Below, piece by piece: positions 52,701 through 61,688 of a stretch of 64,000 nt of DNA. This DNA comes from Paraspadella gotoi (lineage: Eukaryota > Animalia > Chaetognatha). Where the stretch lies: the NCBI GenBank assembly GCA_051294375.1, contig CM119264.1:19723590-19787589 (forward strand). The letters are read 5' to 3'. Both the position numbers and the translations under genes were made by a program. Every line of letters starts with the position of its first letter. Positions within the stretch are counted from its first letter, which is position 1. A model generated the notes under the pieces. The model was not told the origin of the DNA. It ran no database searches and was given only the letters and a program-made list of their open reading frames with translations.

Positions 52701-55700
52701 TTACATAAATGTTTATTAGGATAATGTTGTTCGTTCCTCACTTTTAGAATTTTAATTAAAGTTAAATTTAAAAATTTTACTATGCCTTAGTAGCCACTAA
52801 TGTATAAAATTAAAAAGTAAATTTACCAAAGTATTTTTATTAGTTTTTATTTTTATGCTTTATATGCTAAATTTAAATTTTCTAAAATTTTATTATTTTC
52901 ACATCACTCTAATGTTTATTGTGTTTTTGCTTTTTCTTTTTCTCACCATGCTTCAGTTTGATTTGTAGAGCTAGATAATATATTCATACAAAATTTCATT
53001 GAAAACTTATTCTTTTTTAAAAAGGCGAATTTTTTATTATTAAGCCTTTTGACCTCTTTTTAAACAAAAACAAAATAATTAGGTAATAGAGTTATAATTA
53101 TATTTATTTTGATTTTAAAATACAAATATGCTGGCTAAATAACTGTTTTTTGTTAAAATTCTCGATCTGTTTTAAACCGGAAGTGGTTTGTGCAAAAAGT
53201 GGCTCTGAAAATCCATAAAGAGCAATCGGGGAAATTTTTTATGGTGATATTCGTTTTCTTCACTAAATTTGGCATAAGAAACTTTGCAAGAACCTAGAAC
53301 TTATAAAATTGTTTGATATTTCTGGGAGAACTATTAGACAGATAACTTTTTTAAGCTATCTGAATCTGTTCTAAAAAACTAAAATTTAGTGAAAAAAAGT
53401 TGTTTATCCAAAAATAAATTTTAAAAAATTAATCACTAGGGTATAATACCATATTAGAAATTGGAATTTTTTTTTCTTTCTATTAAAAGTTTTCTTAATG
53501 TTTAAATTTTCATTTGAGCAGTTACTCACTTAAAATATTTGACTCACACCATTGAGTCCGGCTACCCCTGAAAGTTCAGGTTTCTAAAGGTGACGCTTTT
53601 TTTTCGCTCATTTCCTCTCTGATATCAGTTAATTAAAACAAATTAGCTTCTCTTCATACTATGGAAGACAGAGATAGGAAGTTGAAAGTAAGAAAGATCG
53701 TTGATATTTATAATTTTTTTAACAGTTCCTCCAATGTTTGAAATACCATTATTAGAAAAATTAGAAGCAGCTTGTGAAGAAACTTTTACTTTTGAAGTAA
53801 AAGTTATAGGCATTCCGTCTCCAGATATAACTTGGCTCAAGGTAATTGATTGTAATTTAGAATTTCTTATGGCCGTATTCACCATCTTCCTCTCTATTAC
53901 TTCTTAATTTATAAACTTTTTTATTCGCTGTAATACATACTCTATTTTATATATTAAGGATTTATCGTTTTATCTTTTTATCGTCTTAACTGTCAAATTG
54001 TGTCTTTTATTTCAGAAAAAAATATATAATAAAGATAAAATGTAATGTTTAAAACCAACTAATAAATATTTTTTATAGGATGATAAACCAGTAAAACGAC
54101 CTAAGGAAAGAGAAGAAGAGGAAGTGACTTTTGAAAATCCCGAAATTGGCTTGCATAAAATGACAATTACAAAGATCTGTGAAAAAGATGCGGGAAAATA
54201 TAGGTACGTTGCTTTAAGGTATTGAAATCTGAAGTATTTTCTAATCTAATAGCCAAATGGCTGCGGTCATAGGTTAGTAGTGAATACGCGACTCTCCGTC
54301 ATTTTGTTGATCTTGATCTCGACTTTATCTAAACTCGTTCGGATCTGCTTATCGCAGATTCCGACTCTATCATTCACTTTGTTGGTCTGTCGGTCCCATA
54401 CAGTTAGATTATTACATTAGATTACATTGCAGATGGACGTAAGGACATAATTTTTTAATAGATTGGTATTGAATTAATCATGTTTTTTTTATTTTCCCTC
54501 AATCGGAAAAGTATTAATCAATTAATCAACCGATTAATCAATCAATCGTTTGATTACCGCTAAACTAAGTTTAAAGGATCGTAGGCTGATGCGGCATTGT
54601 TTGTTCACACTAGTTCCTCATGCAGGGACTGCGCAAACACTTATTTTGTTATTGATTTTTTTTAGTGTAAAAGCAACTAATAAGTGTGGAAAAGCGGACT
54701 CAACTGGTAGTTTGATCGTTGGAAGCCCACCTGAGATCAAATCATGTTTCAAGGATATTGTTCTAAAAGAAGGAGAAAGCGTTAAGCTTGAGCTTGAAGT
54801 TTTTGGTATACCTACTCCGGAAGTAAATTGGTATCATCGAGACGAACCAATTGAAAAAAATAAAAGATACCAAGTAAGTCATTTTAAAGAATAAACCTAA
54901 AAAGGAGTTGAAATTAAATTTTATTTGGGTTCAGCCGGATCAAAATACTGGAAGCAAATTCAAACATAGCATTACAATCAGCAAAGCTTGCTCAGACGAT
55001 GATGGGTTTTTTAAAGTGATCGTTAAAAACAAATTTGGAACAAAAGAACATCAAGCTAAATTGGGTTGTCTGAAACCTCCGAAGATTACTGAATCACATA
55101 AAGATGTTGGTTGTGGCGTAGGGAAGTCAACCACCCTTCATTGTGTAATTGACGGTAAGTTTTAAATGTTAAGCCAATGTGACTAAAAATAAGCGTTAAG
55201 TTGATATATTTCATGAGCATTAGACACATTTGAATCCGACAAAGTTTTAATTAGATAACCAGTCTGAGTATCATTCTGTTCGTTTTTCCAAGCTCTTTTT
55301 AACTAAAAAAGTTTTATTTAAAAAAAAAACTTTTGCGCCCGAGCCAGGGGTGTTGAAGAGTCAAAATATGGAATTCACCATTTTTTAGTATTTTTTAGCT
55401 TTTTCTAGTTATTTTTTTTAATATAATAATCTTTAATCAAGTTAATTACTTCTGATAATGATTTTAATTTATCCTATTTAACTGTTTTTAAAACCATTCA
55501 TTAAAAAAATATTAGTTTTTAGCTTAAGCCAAGGGTGTTGAAGAGCTAAAATGTTTAAAACTTTTTTTTTAATATTTATAAATTATAGTTTATTATTTTT
55601 TTAAAGATAACCTATTTTAATAATGGTAATGAAAATATTTGATATCTTTAAATGCATTGAGGCGACTTACCACAGCTTTAAGTTAATCAATTAATTTAAT

Positions 55701-57748
55701 AATGTTTTTTAAAACTGAAAACCCCAAAAACTTCTATGATCCAAAGCAATTAATTTTAATTTTTAATCACAAAATATAATTGTTATAAGATAAAATTATT
55801 TAAATAATATTCGGATATTACTATAAAAAAAATTGTTTACTTTATTCTATATAAATATAATTATATTTATATTATAAATATAAATATAATTTTATTTAAA
55901 AAATAATTTAAAAAATGATATCTAAATATAAATTTTGTACGGATAAGAGTAATAGTTTGGTTTAACTCTATATACAAATATTTTGTTATTAAATAAAATA
56001 ATTTTTCTTTAATATACAATAATTTTTAAAAAAATAATTAATTGTTTTTTATTTTTTTCATTAAATAATTGTTTAACAAGGTTTTGTTTTTCTCACTAAA
56101 TCTAAAAACACAAGGAAAAGAAAGTTATGGTTTATAAAAGATTCATTAAAAATAACTACCTCTTATAGTCCGATTCATATATTTAAATTAATTCATAAAT
56201 TCATTAATTAATTTACTTGATTAGTAAATTATTAACAAGTTTAAATTATAAACATTGTATTGAACTTGTTTATTGCATTTTTAGATCTATAAAAAAAATT
56301 TATATTAACAAAAAAATTTAATAAATTTGTTAACAATTTTATTTTTATCGTTGTTAACAAATTCATTAAATTTTCTTTGTAATCTCTAAACAACAAAAAA
56401 GAAATAATCAAACAATGAATATGTTAACAAATATTTTTTTAATAAAAAAGTTTTTCTAAATACTAAATTAAAATTTTTAATTAAAATATAAATCATTTCT
56501 ATCCTAGCATCCCACGTAAGTCCCTCCCCTAGCCCTAACCTCCGCTTCGCGTCCAAGGCCAAGCATGAACCTTGAACCTATCATCGGCCATAAAACTTTT
56601 CCCATCTGTAACTTTCCAGTTGGGTATATCTACAACAACCTTGTTGATCATAATGCTCACTTTTACTTATTCAACCCGAATTACAATTACCTCAAACGTT
56701 AAAACTAAACACTAACCCTTAACCTAATTTTGCTAAAATTGCCATAACTAGAACATTAGTTTCAGTTCATTAACAAAATTATTATTTTCTATGCGATATC
56801 GCATAAAATATGGATAGTGGATATCATTTGAATAATTATATCTTTGTTGTAACAATTTCATTATATGATTAAAAAATTTTATGAATTGCTTTGTTTTTAA
56901 AATAAATCTTTAAAAAAAAACTTTTTAGAAATAGGTCACAATATTTTTTAATGCTTTTAATTATAAAAAAATTAATTAACTATTTTAATTAACTTAAAAA
57001 AACATTTAAAATTTTCAAATATTTTTATTATCATGATTAAAATATGTAATCCTTAAAAAAATAATAAATTATTATTTGAAAATATTAAAAAAAACAATTT
57101 AGAAATTTTAGCTCTTTAACACCCCTGGCTTAAGCCCTAAACCAATATTTTTTGAGAATGAATGTTTTAAAAATAGTTAAATATGATAATTTAAAAGCAT
57201 TATCATTAGTAATTAACTTGATTAATGTTAAATTACTGAAAAAAGCTAAAAAATACTCATAAAAGGTGAAATTCCATATTTTGGCTCTTTAACACCCCTG
57301 GCTCGGGCAAAAAAGTTTTTTTTTAAATAAAACTTTTTTAGTTAAAAAGAGCTTGGAAAAACGAACAGAATGACACCGAGACTGGTTGTTTATTTAAAAC
57401 ATTGTCGGATTCAAATGTGTCTAATGAGCATCCATCTATTTGTAGTATAGAAAATTTAAAGAAGCAAAACTCAATAGTTAAACATAATTTTTGTTTTTAG
57501 TCGGATCTCCTTTCAGCAGATCCTGACTCTATAATTCACTTTGTCGGTCCGTCGGTCCACCCCCTCAAAATTGTTGGGCAGTCACTTATATCATGTCAGA
57601 ACATCAAATTATGATAAATTATGTTAGAGAAAAAGTTTGTTTGTTTGATAACAACGATTTTTATTTACATTGGACATGTTTCGGCTCTTGCTTTAAGCCT
57701 TCATCAGCGTTTGTCTCAATAACAATTTTTTCTCTTTAACATTGAGTT

Positions 57749-57779
<31 letters not shown>

Positions 57780-60700
57780 GAGAGAGAGAGAGAAAAATAA
57801 AGCTTCCAAAACAGAACAGGACAGTGGTCAGATTGAGGACAGGTGAAGGTTAGGGGAGAGAAGAAGAGGAAAGTCCGTCCGTCCGTCCCACATTAGCAAA
57901 AAACACTAATTACTCGTGATTGGATGGATGGATTGGAATAAAATCTTGTGTGTGGGTAGGGTAGTGTGTGATTGAGCTGTATATGAAGTTTCGATGGAAT
58001 TGTCCGAGTGGAAATGAGTTTAAATGGAAAAAATTAAAAAAATAAATTTCACTATTTGAACACCAATTACTCATGAGTGGATGGGGCGATTGATTTGAAA
58101 TTTTGTATTTGGGTAGAAAAGTGTGTGATTAAACTGGAAATCAAGTTTCAATGGAAATCGTTTGAGTGGAAATGAGTTTAAATAGAAAAAACAAAGAACC
58201 TATTTCACTAATTCATTATGCTTCTTTTTATTTTAAATGTAAATGCAAGATGTATTAATTAATCAAATAATTAATCAGTTTATTAATCCATTAGTCAATT
58301 AATTAATCAATAATTAATTAATCAGTCAATTAATCAATCAAAACAAACATTTCTGATCAAATTAATTAATTAATTGCCTAATTAACTTAAATAAATTAAT
58401 TATTAATTAATTATATAATTAATTAACTTGAATTATATTAATTAATTAATTAATTACCGATAATGATCGTGGGCAGATCCGACATTGTTTGCTCAAACTT
58501 GTTAATAAGAAATTCTATCTTGATATGCACAAAAACAAAATAAGAAATGATTTGAAATGTGATTAACGATTCACGGAAAAGTTTAAAAATATGAGGCCTT
58601 ATTTTCCACAAATCTTCCCATTTCATCTTAAATTCGGGATTAAATTAGTTTTTAGGTTTAAAGATTAGGTTAGAGGTTATGGTTAACGATTAGGTTAGTG
58701 GTTAGGTTAGGGTTTAGTGACTAGGGTTTGTGTTAGGGATTAGGGTTAGGGTTAAAAATTAGGATTAAAGTTAGGGTTAAAAATTAGGTTAAGGTTAGCG
58801 ACTAGGGTTAGGAATTATATCAGAGGGTAAAATATTAAGATTAAAATCAAGTTCAGGGATTAAGGAACAGAAATGTATTTTTGTATTTTTCTTAGTTACT
58901 CTGAGCAACTAATAATGATTTAAGGAATATCTAAGTAAAAATATATGGCAAAATATTGAATAATATTGTATACATGCATTCATCGTCAATCGGTTCATCT
59001 TTTACTTATTTAAAATGTTTTTTGGTTGCGCCCAAATGTAGAAATATATATTTTTTTAATCAGGCATGCCGATTCCTAAAGCTTATTGGTTTAAAGATGG
59101 CAAACAGATTGCTGATCAACCAGGAAAATATCAGACGAAACAGGATGGAATGGTAAGTACTATTTAAGAGTAAAGATTTCAGATGAAAAATAAATTGTTA
59201 TATTTGTTTTTACAGAATTATTTTTTAACAATTGAAAATGTGGAAGAGAGTGATTTTGGGAATTACATCTGTCGTGCGGAGAGTGAAGCTGGATTAGATG
59301 AATGCCAGGGAATAATTTCGAAGCGAAGTAAGTTTATAATCTATTTTTTATCGTTACAATCGCTTGCGCTTGCAACGATTGGTGACGATGGTCCCAAAAC
59401 TAACTTAATGAAATAATTTTTAAAAAAGAGTTATATTTCTTTATATCATTTTTTTATGACAAAAACAAATCTGAAATTTTAACATTTATTGGATGAGTAC
59501 TATTTATAAATATGGCCTAATGCGTAAATTAAAAAAATTATAATAACATTTTTTTATATATAAATGTTCATTAGTATAATGTTGTTCTTTCCTCACTTTT
59601 AAAATTTTAAACTTAAATTTAAATTTTTACTACGCCTTACTCGGCATAGACTAGTGCCTGCATTCGAGCTTCTTGGTCTTCCAGAGTGAGGACTGAGGAG
59701 TCATGTCAAATGATTTTGATTTGTTGTATCGCAGTAAGAATTTTGCAATGGTGTAAAGACTGAGTGCAAGTCTATTGCTGATAAATTGTTGAGTCTTTTG
59801 CTCTATTCTGAGAGCTACACCTTTATTAACCAAATTTTAAAAAATAACTAAATAAAAACAAATAACTCGATACCAAGAATGGTGGAAGAGGTAGTGATTT
59901 ATTTGCCTGTAAATTCTAAACGATTTGAGCTAATGAAATAATAATATCAATTTTTAAATTTTCTGATTTTTTAAAAATCAAACAAGTTTTTGATATATTG
60001 AATAGATATATTGAAGAGACAATAATTATTGATATATGTTAGGGACAGAACCGTTCAATATAAGCAGTCCCTGAGCTTCGGAGCAGGATGTAACACCATG
60101 TTACAGGCGGGTTAAGCGCCCCGTCCCTCTTAACTGCTAAGCGGACACCGGGCTAGAACCCCGGACCTTTGGGTTGGGAGGCGAATGACTTGCCTCCGGC
60201 ACCAATGGCCGCTGATAAACGGTTGGTGGATTTTAGTCCACCATAATATGCTCCACGAAAATAAAAATGTGATATACTTTTTGCCTAGATGGTACTAATC
60301 TATTTTTGTAAATTAATTTTATCAATTAGGTTTTATTTTAAAAACTTATTAGCGTATTCCAAGGGATTTTCTCATAAAATAGTCTATTTTGAGTAAAAGA
60401 GGATGTCGGATCTAGTTCGTTGGCAAAAATGCCTTTGCTATGGCTCTCTCTGGTAATTTTTCACACCATTTTGATATTTATATTTTGGTCCGGGTATTAG
60501 TGTTGAGTTCATTACATCCTTCCTCTATCCCTAACCCTAAACTCAATCTCAACCATAACAAAAATATAATGAAATCATATTGTATATTAGTGTGAAGTGA
60601 AAGTTTGGAATCGAAATTTAGCAATTATATCTTGAAAATTATCATATTAGTGAATACTAATCTATAATTATTTTTTTTATAACTATTGTATCCCAGTCAG

Positions 60701-61348
60701 CTTATTTTGTAATGTTATTGTAATGTTGTTATGTTATTATGTAATGTCAAAATTTCAAAATATTTTTTTTTAACTTCTGAGAACAGATTCATATTCCTCA
60801 TTAAAAGTTGATAAAATAAAATATAAAGCTTTTTTCAAAAATAATGTTATTAAGTAGGTTAAACTTATAAAAAACTGTATTTTTACCCTCGAAATTGAAA
60901 ATCAGCATCTTAAATATAGTTTTTTACATTTTTAACCAATGTAATGAAAGAATTTTTTGTAAAGAATCTAAATTCGATCTTAAAATTTAAAAATTTGTAA
61001 TTTGAAATTTTAGCTTATTATATACTTATTACTATATATAAATATAGCTCACTGGTGCCCACTAATGTATAAAATTAAAAAATAAATGTACCAAAGTATT
61101 TTTTTTGGTTTTTATTTTTGTTTTATATGCTAAATTTTAATTTTTTAATATTTTATAATTTGCACATCACTCTATTGTATATGATATCTAAGCAACTGCC
61201 TGGTAAACCATTCATTTAAAAAAATATTTTCATTTTTAATAGGTCCTCCTGAGTTTATTAAATCTATGGTGGATTCAGAAGTGGTTTCTGGTGACACTGT
61301 AGTATTTGAAACCCAAGTTATTGGGACGCCCATGCCCAAAGTCAACTG
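1509..61348 (+). CDS. Giant multi-exon poly-Ig (I-set) protein, titin/kettin/obscurin-like; internal part only (32 exons, ~31 Ig domains)
   Basis: Exons with AG/GT boundaries join in frame. They repeat the I-set pattern PP.F...L......G....L...V.G.P.P.V.W.K......L.I......D.G.Y...A.N..G. No start, stop, FN3 or kinase domain is seen, so the orthologue cannot be named. Confidence 0.93.
2064..2342 (+). CDS. Ig exon 2
   Basis: tttag|TT...CAAG|gtagat; 279 nt; lies within ORF 2000-2548. Confidence 0.92.
2431..3140 (+). mobile_element. HINE/DINE-1-like element, family 1 (rearranged copy)
   Basis: Starts TAGTCGGATCTGC...GCAGATCCCGAC; core and GTCC repeat shared with other copies. Confidence 0.75.
4592..4870 (+). 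CDS. Ig exon 3
   Basis: ttag|CT...TATG|gtaagt; 279 nt. Confidence 0.92.
4953..5228 (+). CDS. Ig exon 4 (core Trp apparently replaced: PVPDIVILKE)
   Basis: ttcag|TT...CAAG|gtgatg; 276 nt open frame. Confidence 0.85.
5487..6044 (+). CDS. Ig exon 5 (two domains)
   Basis: ctag|CT...ATAG|gtaaat; 558 nt. Confidence 0.92.
6055..7840 (+). mobile_element. HINE/DINE-1-like element, family 1, full length with ~100-150-bp central tandem repeats
   Basis: Subterminal IR GTCGGATCT/AGATCCGAC, (GTCC)n, central repeats, 3' GTTTGCTCAAAC hairpin, inserted in a T-run without TSD. Confidence 0.85.
7874..8149 (+). CDS. Ig exon 6
   Basis: ttag|CT...CAAG|gtactt; 276 nt; GIPEPDITWKKD. Confidence 0.9.
8733..11987. 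mobile_element. Cluster of family-1 HINE copies (8733+, ~9005-9753 minus, 9941-10681+, 10851-11987+)
   Basis: Same termini and core in both orientations. The last copy holds an 18-bp array (gttgaccaaattatgcca) at 11575-11930. Confidence 0.8.
11988..12587 (-). pseudogene. Disrupted ~200-codon coiled-coil ORF (ORF1/gag-like or captured gene fragment)
   Basis: ORFs 12270-12587 and 11988-12221 are in the same frame, separated by one TGA. GC is higher than in the surrounding intron, and the tail is Q/E-rich with heptad spacing. Confidence 0.45.
13376..13657 (+). CDS. Ig exon 7
   Basis: ttcag|TT...AATG|gtaata; 282 nt. Confidence 0.9.
13960..14370 (+). repeat. Degenerate TTAGGG-like tract interrupted by the solo LTR
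   Basis: ttaggtt/ttaggg units on both sides of 14023-14308. Confidence 0.6.
14023..14308 (+). mobile_element. Solo LTR, family 2 (TG...CA), with tRNA-like module at ~14080-14149
   Basis: TGTAGTCG...TATCCACA flanked by a GGGA/GGGA 4-bp TSD; B-box GGTTCAATCCC; homologues at 23356 and 49565. Confidence 0.75.
15146..15424 (+). CDS. Ig exon 8
   Basis: tatag|CC...AACA|gtaagt; 279 nt. Confidence 0.92.
15539..15814 (+). CDS. Ig exon 9
   Basis: ttcag|CA...ATAG|gtaata; 276 nt. Confidence 0.92.
16719..18392 (+). CDS. Ig exon 10 (six domains)
   Basis: ttcag|TC...CAAA|gtaagt; 1674 nt; ORF 16751-18412. Confidence 0.95.
18615..18660 (+). ncRNA. Minimal hammerhead ribozyme motif (Penelope pLTR remnant), sense to the host gene
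   Basis: CTGATGA-AGGCTGACAATTCAGGC-GAAAC-GA-GTC; flanks resemble the copies at 57.7 and 61.7 kb. Confidence 0.65.
19509..20057 (+). CDS. Ig exon 11 (two domains)
   Basis: ttcag|CA...CTTG|gtaata; 549 nt. Confidence 0.93.
20670..23162 (-). mobile_element. Two family-1 HINE copies flanking exon 12 (~20665-21176, 22420-23162)
   Basis: Reverse-complement termini (aagtttgagcaaac...tcggatctgc; gcagatccgacta). Confidence 0.75.
21422..21700 (+). CDS. Ig exon 12
   Basis: atag|TT...CTTG|gtaagg; 279 nt. Confidence 0.92.
23356..23642 (-). mobile_element. Solo LTR, family 2
   Basis: Reverse complement of 14023-14308 with the same TG...CA ends; flanks are TA-rich (tataaata on both sides). Confidence 0.75.
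25885..26160 (+). CDS. Ig exon 13
   Basis: ttag|AA...CAAG|gtaaaa; 276 nt. Confidence 0.92.
26480..27005 (+). mobile_element. Degenerate family-1 HINE
   Basis: tagccggatctg...gcagattccggc start; gcacatctggcattgtttgcgcgaac end. Confidence 0.65.
27046..27324 (+). CDS. Ig exon 14
   Basis: tttag|TA...TTAG|gtaatc; 279 nt; DGDPLPKIFWYKD. Confidence 0.9.
27391..27678 (+). CDS. Ig exon 15
   Basis: gaag|GA...AATT|gtatgt; 288 nt. Confidence 0.85.
27929..28063 (+). CDS. Ig exon 16 (N-terminal half of a domain)
   Basis: ccag|CC...CCTG|gtaagt; 135 nt. Confidence 0.9.
28388..28537 (+). CDS. Ig exon 17 (C-terminal half)
   Basis: tcag|GC...GCAG|gtatgt; 150 nt; DAGVYKVKAVNAAG. Confidence 0.9.
29868..30477 (+). 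mobile_element. hAT-type MITE, family B
   Basis: TIR TAGAGCGTAGT/ACTACGCCTTA; perfect 8-bp TSD CTGTCCAA; other copies at ~33905-34488, 52200-52789 and partial ~59415-59639. Confidence 0.85.
30715..30938. repeat. 19-bp minisatellite (tcaacttgcatcatttttt)
   Basis: Tandem copies; the reverse complement occurs inside the HINE at 7200-7270 and 7640-7745. Confidence 0.8.
32592..33908. mobile_element. Tc1/mariner-type MITE hosting TRIM copy A
   Basis: TIR CACGGTGACCATTTGAAACC / GGTTTCAAATGGTCACGGCG flanked by TA. Confidence 0.65.
32960..33540 (-). mobile_element. TRIM (non-autonomous mini LTR retrotransposon) with tRNA-bearing LTRs, copy A
   Basis: LTRs 32960-33135 and 33323-33540 (both internally deleted), PBS 33309-33321, PPT ~33138-33147, perfect TSD ATAC. 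Confidence 0.88.
36679..36846. mobile_element. Penelope-like pLTR mini-insertion with 5' inversion; hammerhead core on the minus strand (36688-36723)
   Basis: Perfect 40-bp inverted repeat (36676-36715/36729-36768). The minus strand reads CTGATGA-A-GACTC-gaaacata-GAGTC-GAAAC-AT-GTC. A 13-bp duplication AAATTAAAATACA flanks the insertion. Confidence 0.8.
39765..39870 (+). CDS. Ig exon 18
   Basis: ttag|CA...TTTG|gtaagg; intron splits the Trp codon. Confidence 0.88.
39941..40083 (+). CDS. Ig exon 19
   Basis: ccag|GA...GAAG|gtaaaa; DDGVYEVIATNKE. Confidence 0.88.
40293..40489 (+). CDS. Ig exon 20
   Basis: catag|GG...AAAG|gtaatc. Confidence 0.88.
42223..42873 (+). mobile_element. TRIM with tRNA-bearing LTRs, copy B (complete)
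   Basis: LTRs 42223-42456 and 42642-42873; PBS TGGTGAGCCCGAC at 42458-42470; PPT AGGAGGGGGGA at 42629-42639; 185-bp internal region; TSD tgtg/ggtg. Confidence 0.9.
43925..44110. repeat. Pyrimidine-rich minisatellite (ttcctttctattctttct)
   Basis: 18-nt unit repeated; explains the spurious F/L-rich ORF. Confidence 0.8.
44557..47328. mobile_element. Long-TIR foldback DNA transposon derivative (CAC...GTG ends, 4-bp TSD; Chapaev-like)
   Basis: About 430-bp imperfect inverted arms (44557-~44990 / ~46900-47328); TSD CTTT/CTTT. Confidence 0.75.
45110..46672. repeat. Inverted 15-16-bp minisatellite arrays (gggattcctcccacac)n / (gtgtgggaggaatccc)n around an 18-bp array
   Basis: Arrays 45110-45682 and 46146-46672 are reverse complements. 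The centre 45683-46145 is (actggcataatttggtca)n, the reverse complement of the array at 11575. Confidence 0.92.
47654..47780 (+). CDS. Ig exon 21
   Basis: ttag|GC...CAAG|gtttgt; DGGKYSLVAENEWG. Confidence 0.86.
47968..48727. mobile_element. Tc1/mariner-type MITE
   Basis: GGGACCATATATCTGGACAAAA / TTTTGTCTAGATATATGGTCCCACCCTGTA inverted ends; related fragments at ~25745 and ~34845. Confidence 0.6.
49035..49174 (+). CDS. Ig exon 22
   Basis: atag|TG...AAAG|gtatct. Confidence 0.88.
49354..49541 (+). CDS. Ig exon 23
   Basis: tcag|GA...TCGG|gtaaga. Confidence 0.88.
50052..50061. other. Assembly gap (10 N)
   Basis: n run. Confidence 1.
50103..50709 (+). mobile_element. hAT-type MITE, family A
   Basis: TAAGGCG...CCGCCCTA ends; perfect 8-bp TSD GTAAGTAC. 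Confidence 0.85.
50826..50870 (-). ncRNA. Decayed hammerhead motif (Penelope remnant)
   Basis: Minus strand: aTGAAGA-AGGCTTgtatcaAAGCT-GAAAa-AT-GTC-cgttttt; core mutated. Confidence 0.45.
51067..51181 (+). CDS. Ig exon 24
   Basis: ttag|TA...AAAG|gtaaat. Confidence 0.88.
51237..51360 (+). CDS. Ig exon 25
   Basis: ttag|AG...TTTG|gtaaga; follows a 55-nt intron. Confidence 0.86.
52200..52789 (+). mobile_element. hAT-type MITE family B nested in a family-C MITE (~51760-52911)
   Basis: TSD gtgcccac/gtagccac; the empty site ctggtgcccactaatg is present in the paralogous copy at ~61050. Confidence 0.8.
53726..53841 (+). CDS. Ig exon 26
   Basis: acag|TT...CAAG|gtaatt. Confidence 0.88.
54079..54203 (+). 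CDS. Ig exon 27
   Basis: atag|GA...ATAG|gtacgt. Confidence 0.85.
54337..54615 (+). mobile_element. Short degenerate family-1 HINE
   Basis: tcggatctgcttatcgcagattccgactctat... and 3' cattgtttgttcacactagtt. Confidence 0.6.
54666..54873 (+). CDS. Ig exon 28
   Basis: ttag|TG...CCAA|gtaagt. Confidence 0.88.
54935..55154 (+). CDS. Ig exon 29
   Basis: tcag|CC...GACG|gtaagt. Confidence 0.85.
55221..57423. mobile_element. 2.2-kb non-autonomous hAT-type element with ~500-bp TIRs
   Basis: TAGACACATTTGAATCCGACAA / TTGTCGGATTCAAATGTGTCTA; perfect 8-bp TSD ATGAGCAT. Confidence 0.9.
57498..58504 (+). mobile_element. Family-1 HINE with a nested Penelope pLTR fragment (~57625-57870)
   Basis: Both HINE termini are present; the foreign segment lies just before the GTCC repeat. 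Confidence 0.8.
57669..57720 (-). ncRNA. Minimal hammerhead ribozyme motif
   Basis: CTGATGA-A-GGCT-taaagcaag-AGCC-GAAAC-AT-GTC. Confidence 0.75.
58625..58865 (+). repeat. Degenerate TTAGGG-like tract
   Basis: ggttagggttag units. Confidence 0.7.
59064..59152 (+). CDS. Ig exon 30
   Basis: tcag|GC...AATG|gtaagt; GMPIPKAYWFKDG. Confidence 0.88.
59216..59327 (+). CDS. Ig exon 31
   Basis: acag|AA...CGAA|gtaagt; DFGNYICRAESEAG. Confidence 0.88.
60012..60245 (-). mobile_element. Solo LTR of the tRNA-bearing TRIM (copy C)
   Basis: 234 bp with the same ends as copies A and B; perfect TSD ATAT; tRNA-like 72 nt at 60141-60212. Confidence 0.88.
60588..61174. mobile_element. hAT-type MITE, family C
   Basis: TAGTGTGAAGTG/CACATCACTCTA; perfect 8-bp TSD TTGTATAT. 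Confidence 0.8.
61243..61348 (+). CDS. Ig exon 32 (N-terminal half; next exon not seen in window)
   Basis: atag|GT...ACTG|gtaagt; GTPMPKVNW. Confidence 0.88.
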
Positions 61349-61688
61349 GTAAGTTTATTTTTATTAAAAAAAATTTATTGGGGTTGTTCAGAAGTTTTAA
61401 AGTTTTCATAAATGTTACTTTATTCATTTCAAAGCAAAATATTATGAACAAATTTTTAAAAAAAAATTATGTAGTCTAATAATTATATTTTTAATGGTAT
61501 TATATATTGATATAATTATGATTTAATTTAATTTAACATATTTGGAGAGTTCATGAGAAATAATCAATAGACTATATTCACAAAGAATAATTTTTTTTTC
61601 ATGTCAGAGGTTTCGTGAATTTCCTTTCTTTTCGTTGTGGTTGCGTATTGGAAAACGTTTTTAATGTTTTTCTACAACGACTTTATTT

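Noticed and set aside
58625-58865. Telomere or telomere fusion
   Set aside because: Short, highly degenerate and intronic; a similar tract occurs at 14 kb, which is more consistent with a dispersed repeat.
1509-61348. Assigning a symbol such as TTN, sls, unc-89 or hemicentin
   Set aside because: Only tandem I-set domains are visible and diagnostic domains lie outside the window. Most 5' domains lack the paired Cys typical of secreted Ig proteins, which favours an intracellular muscle protein but does not identify it.
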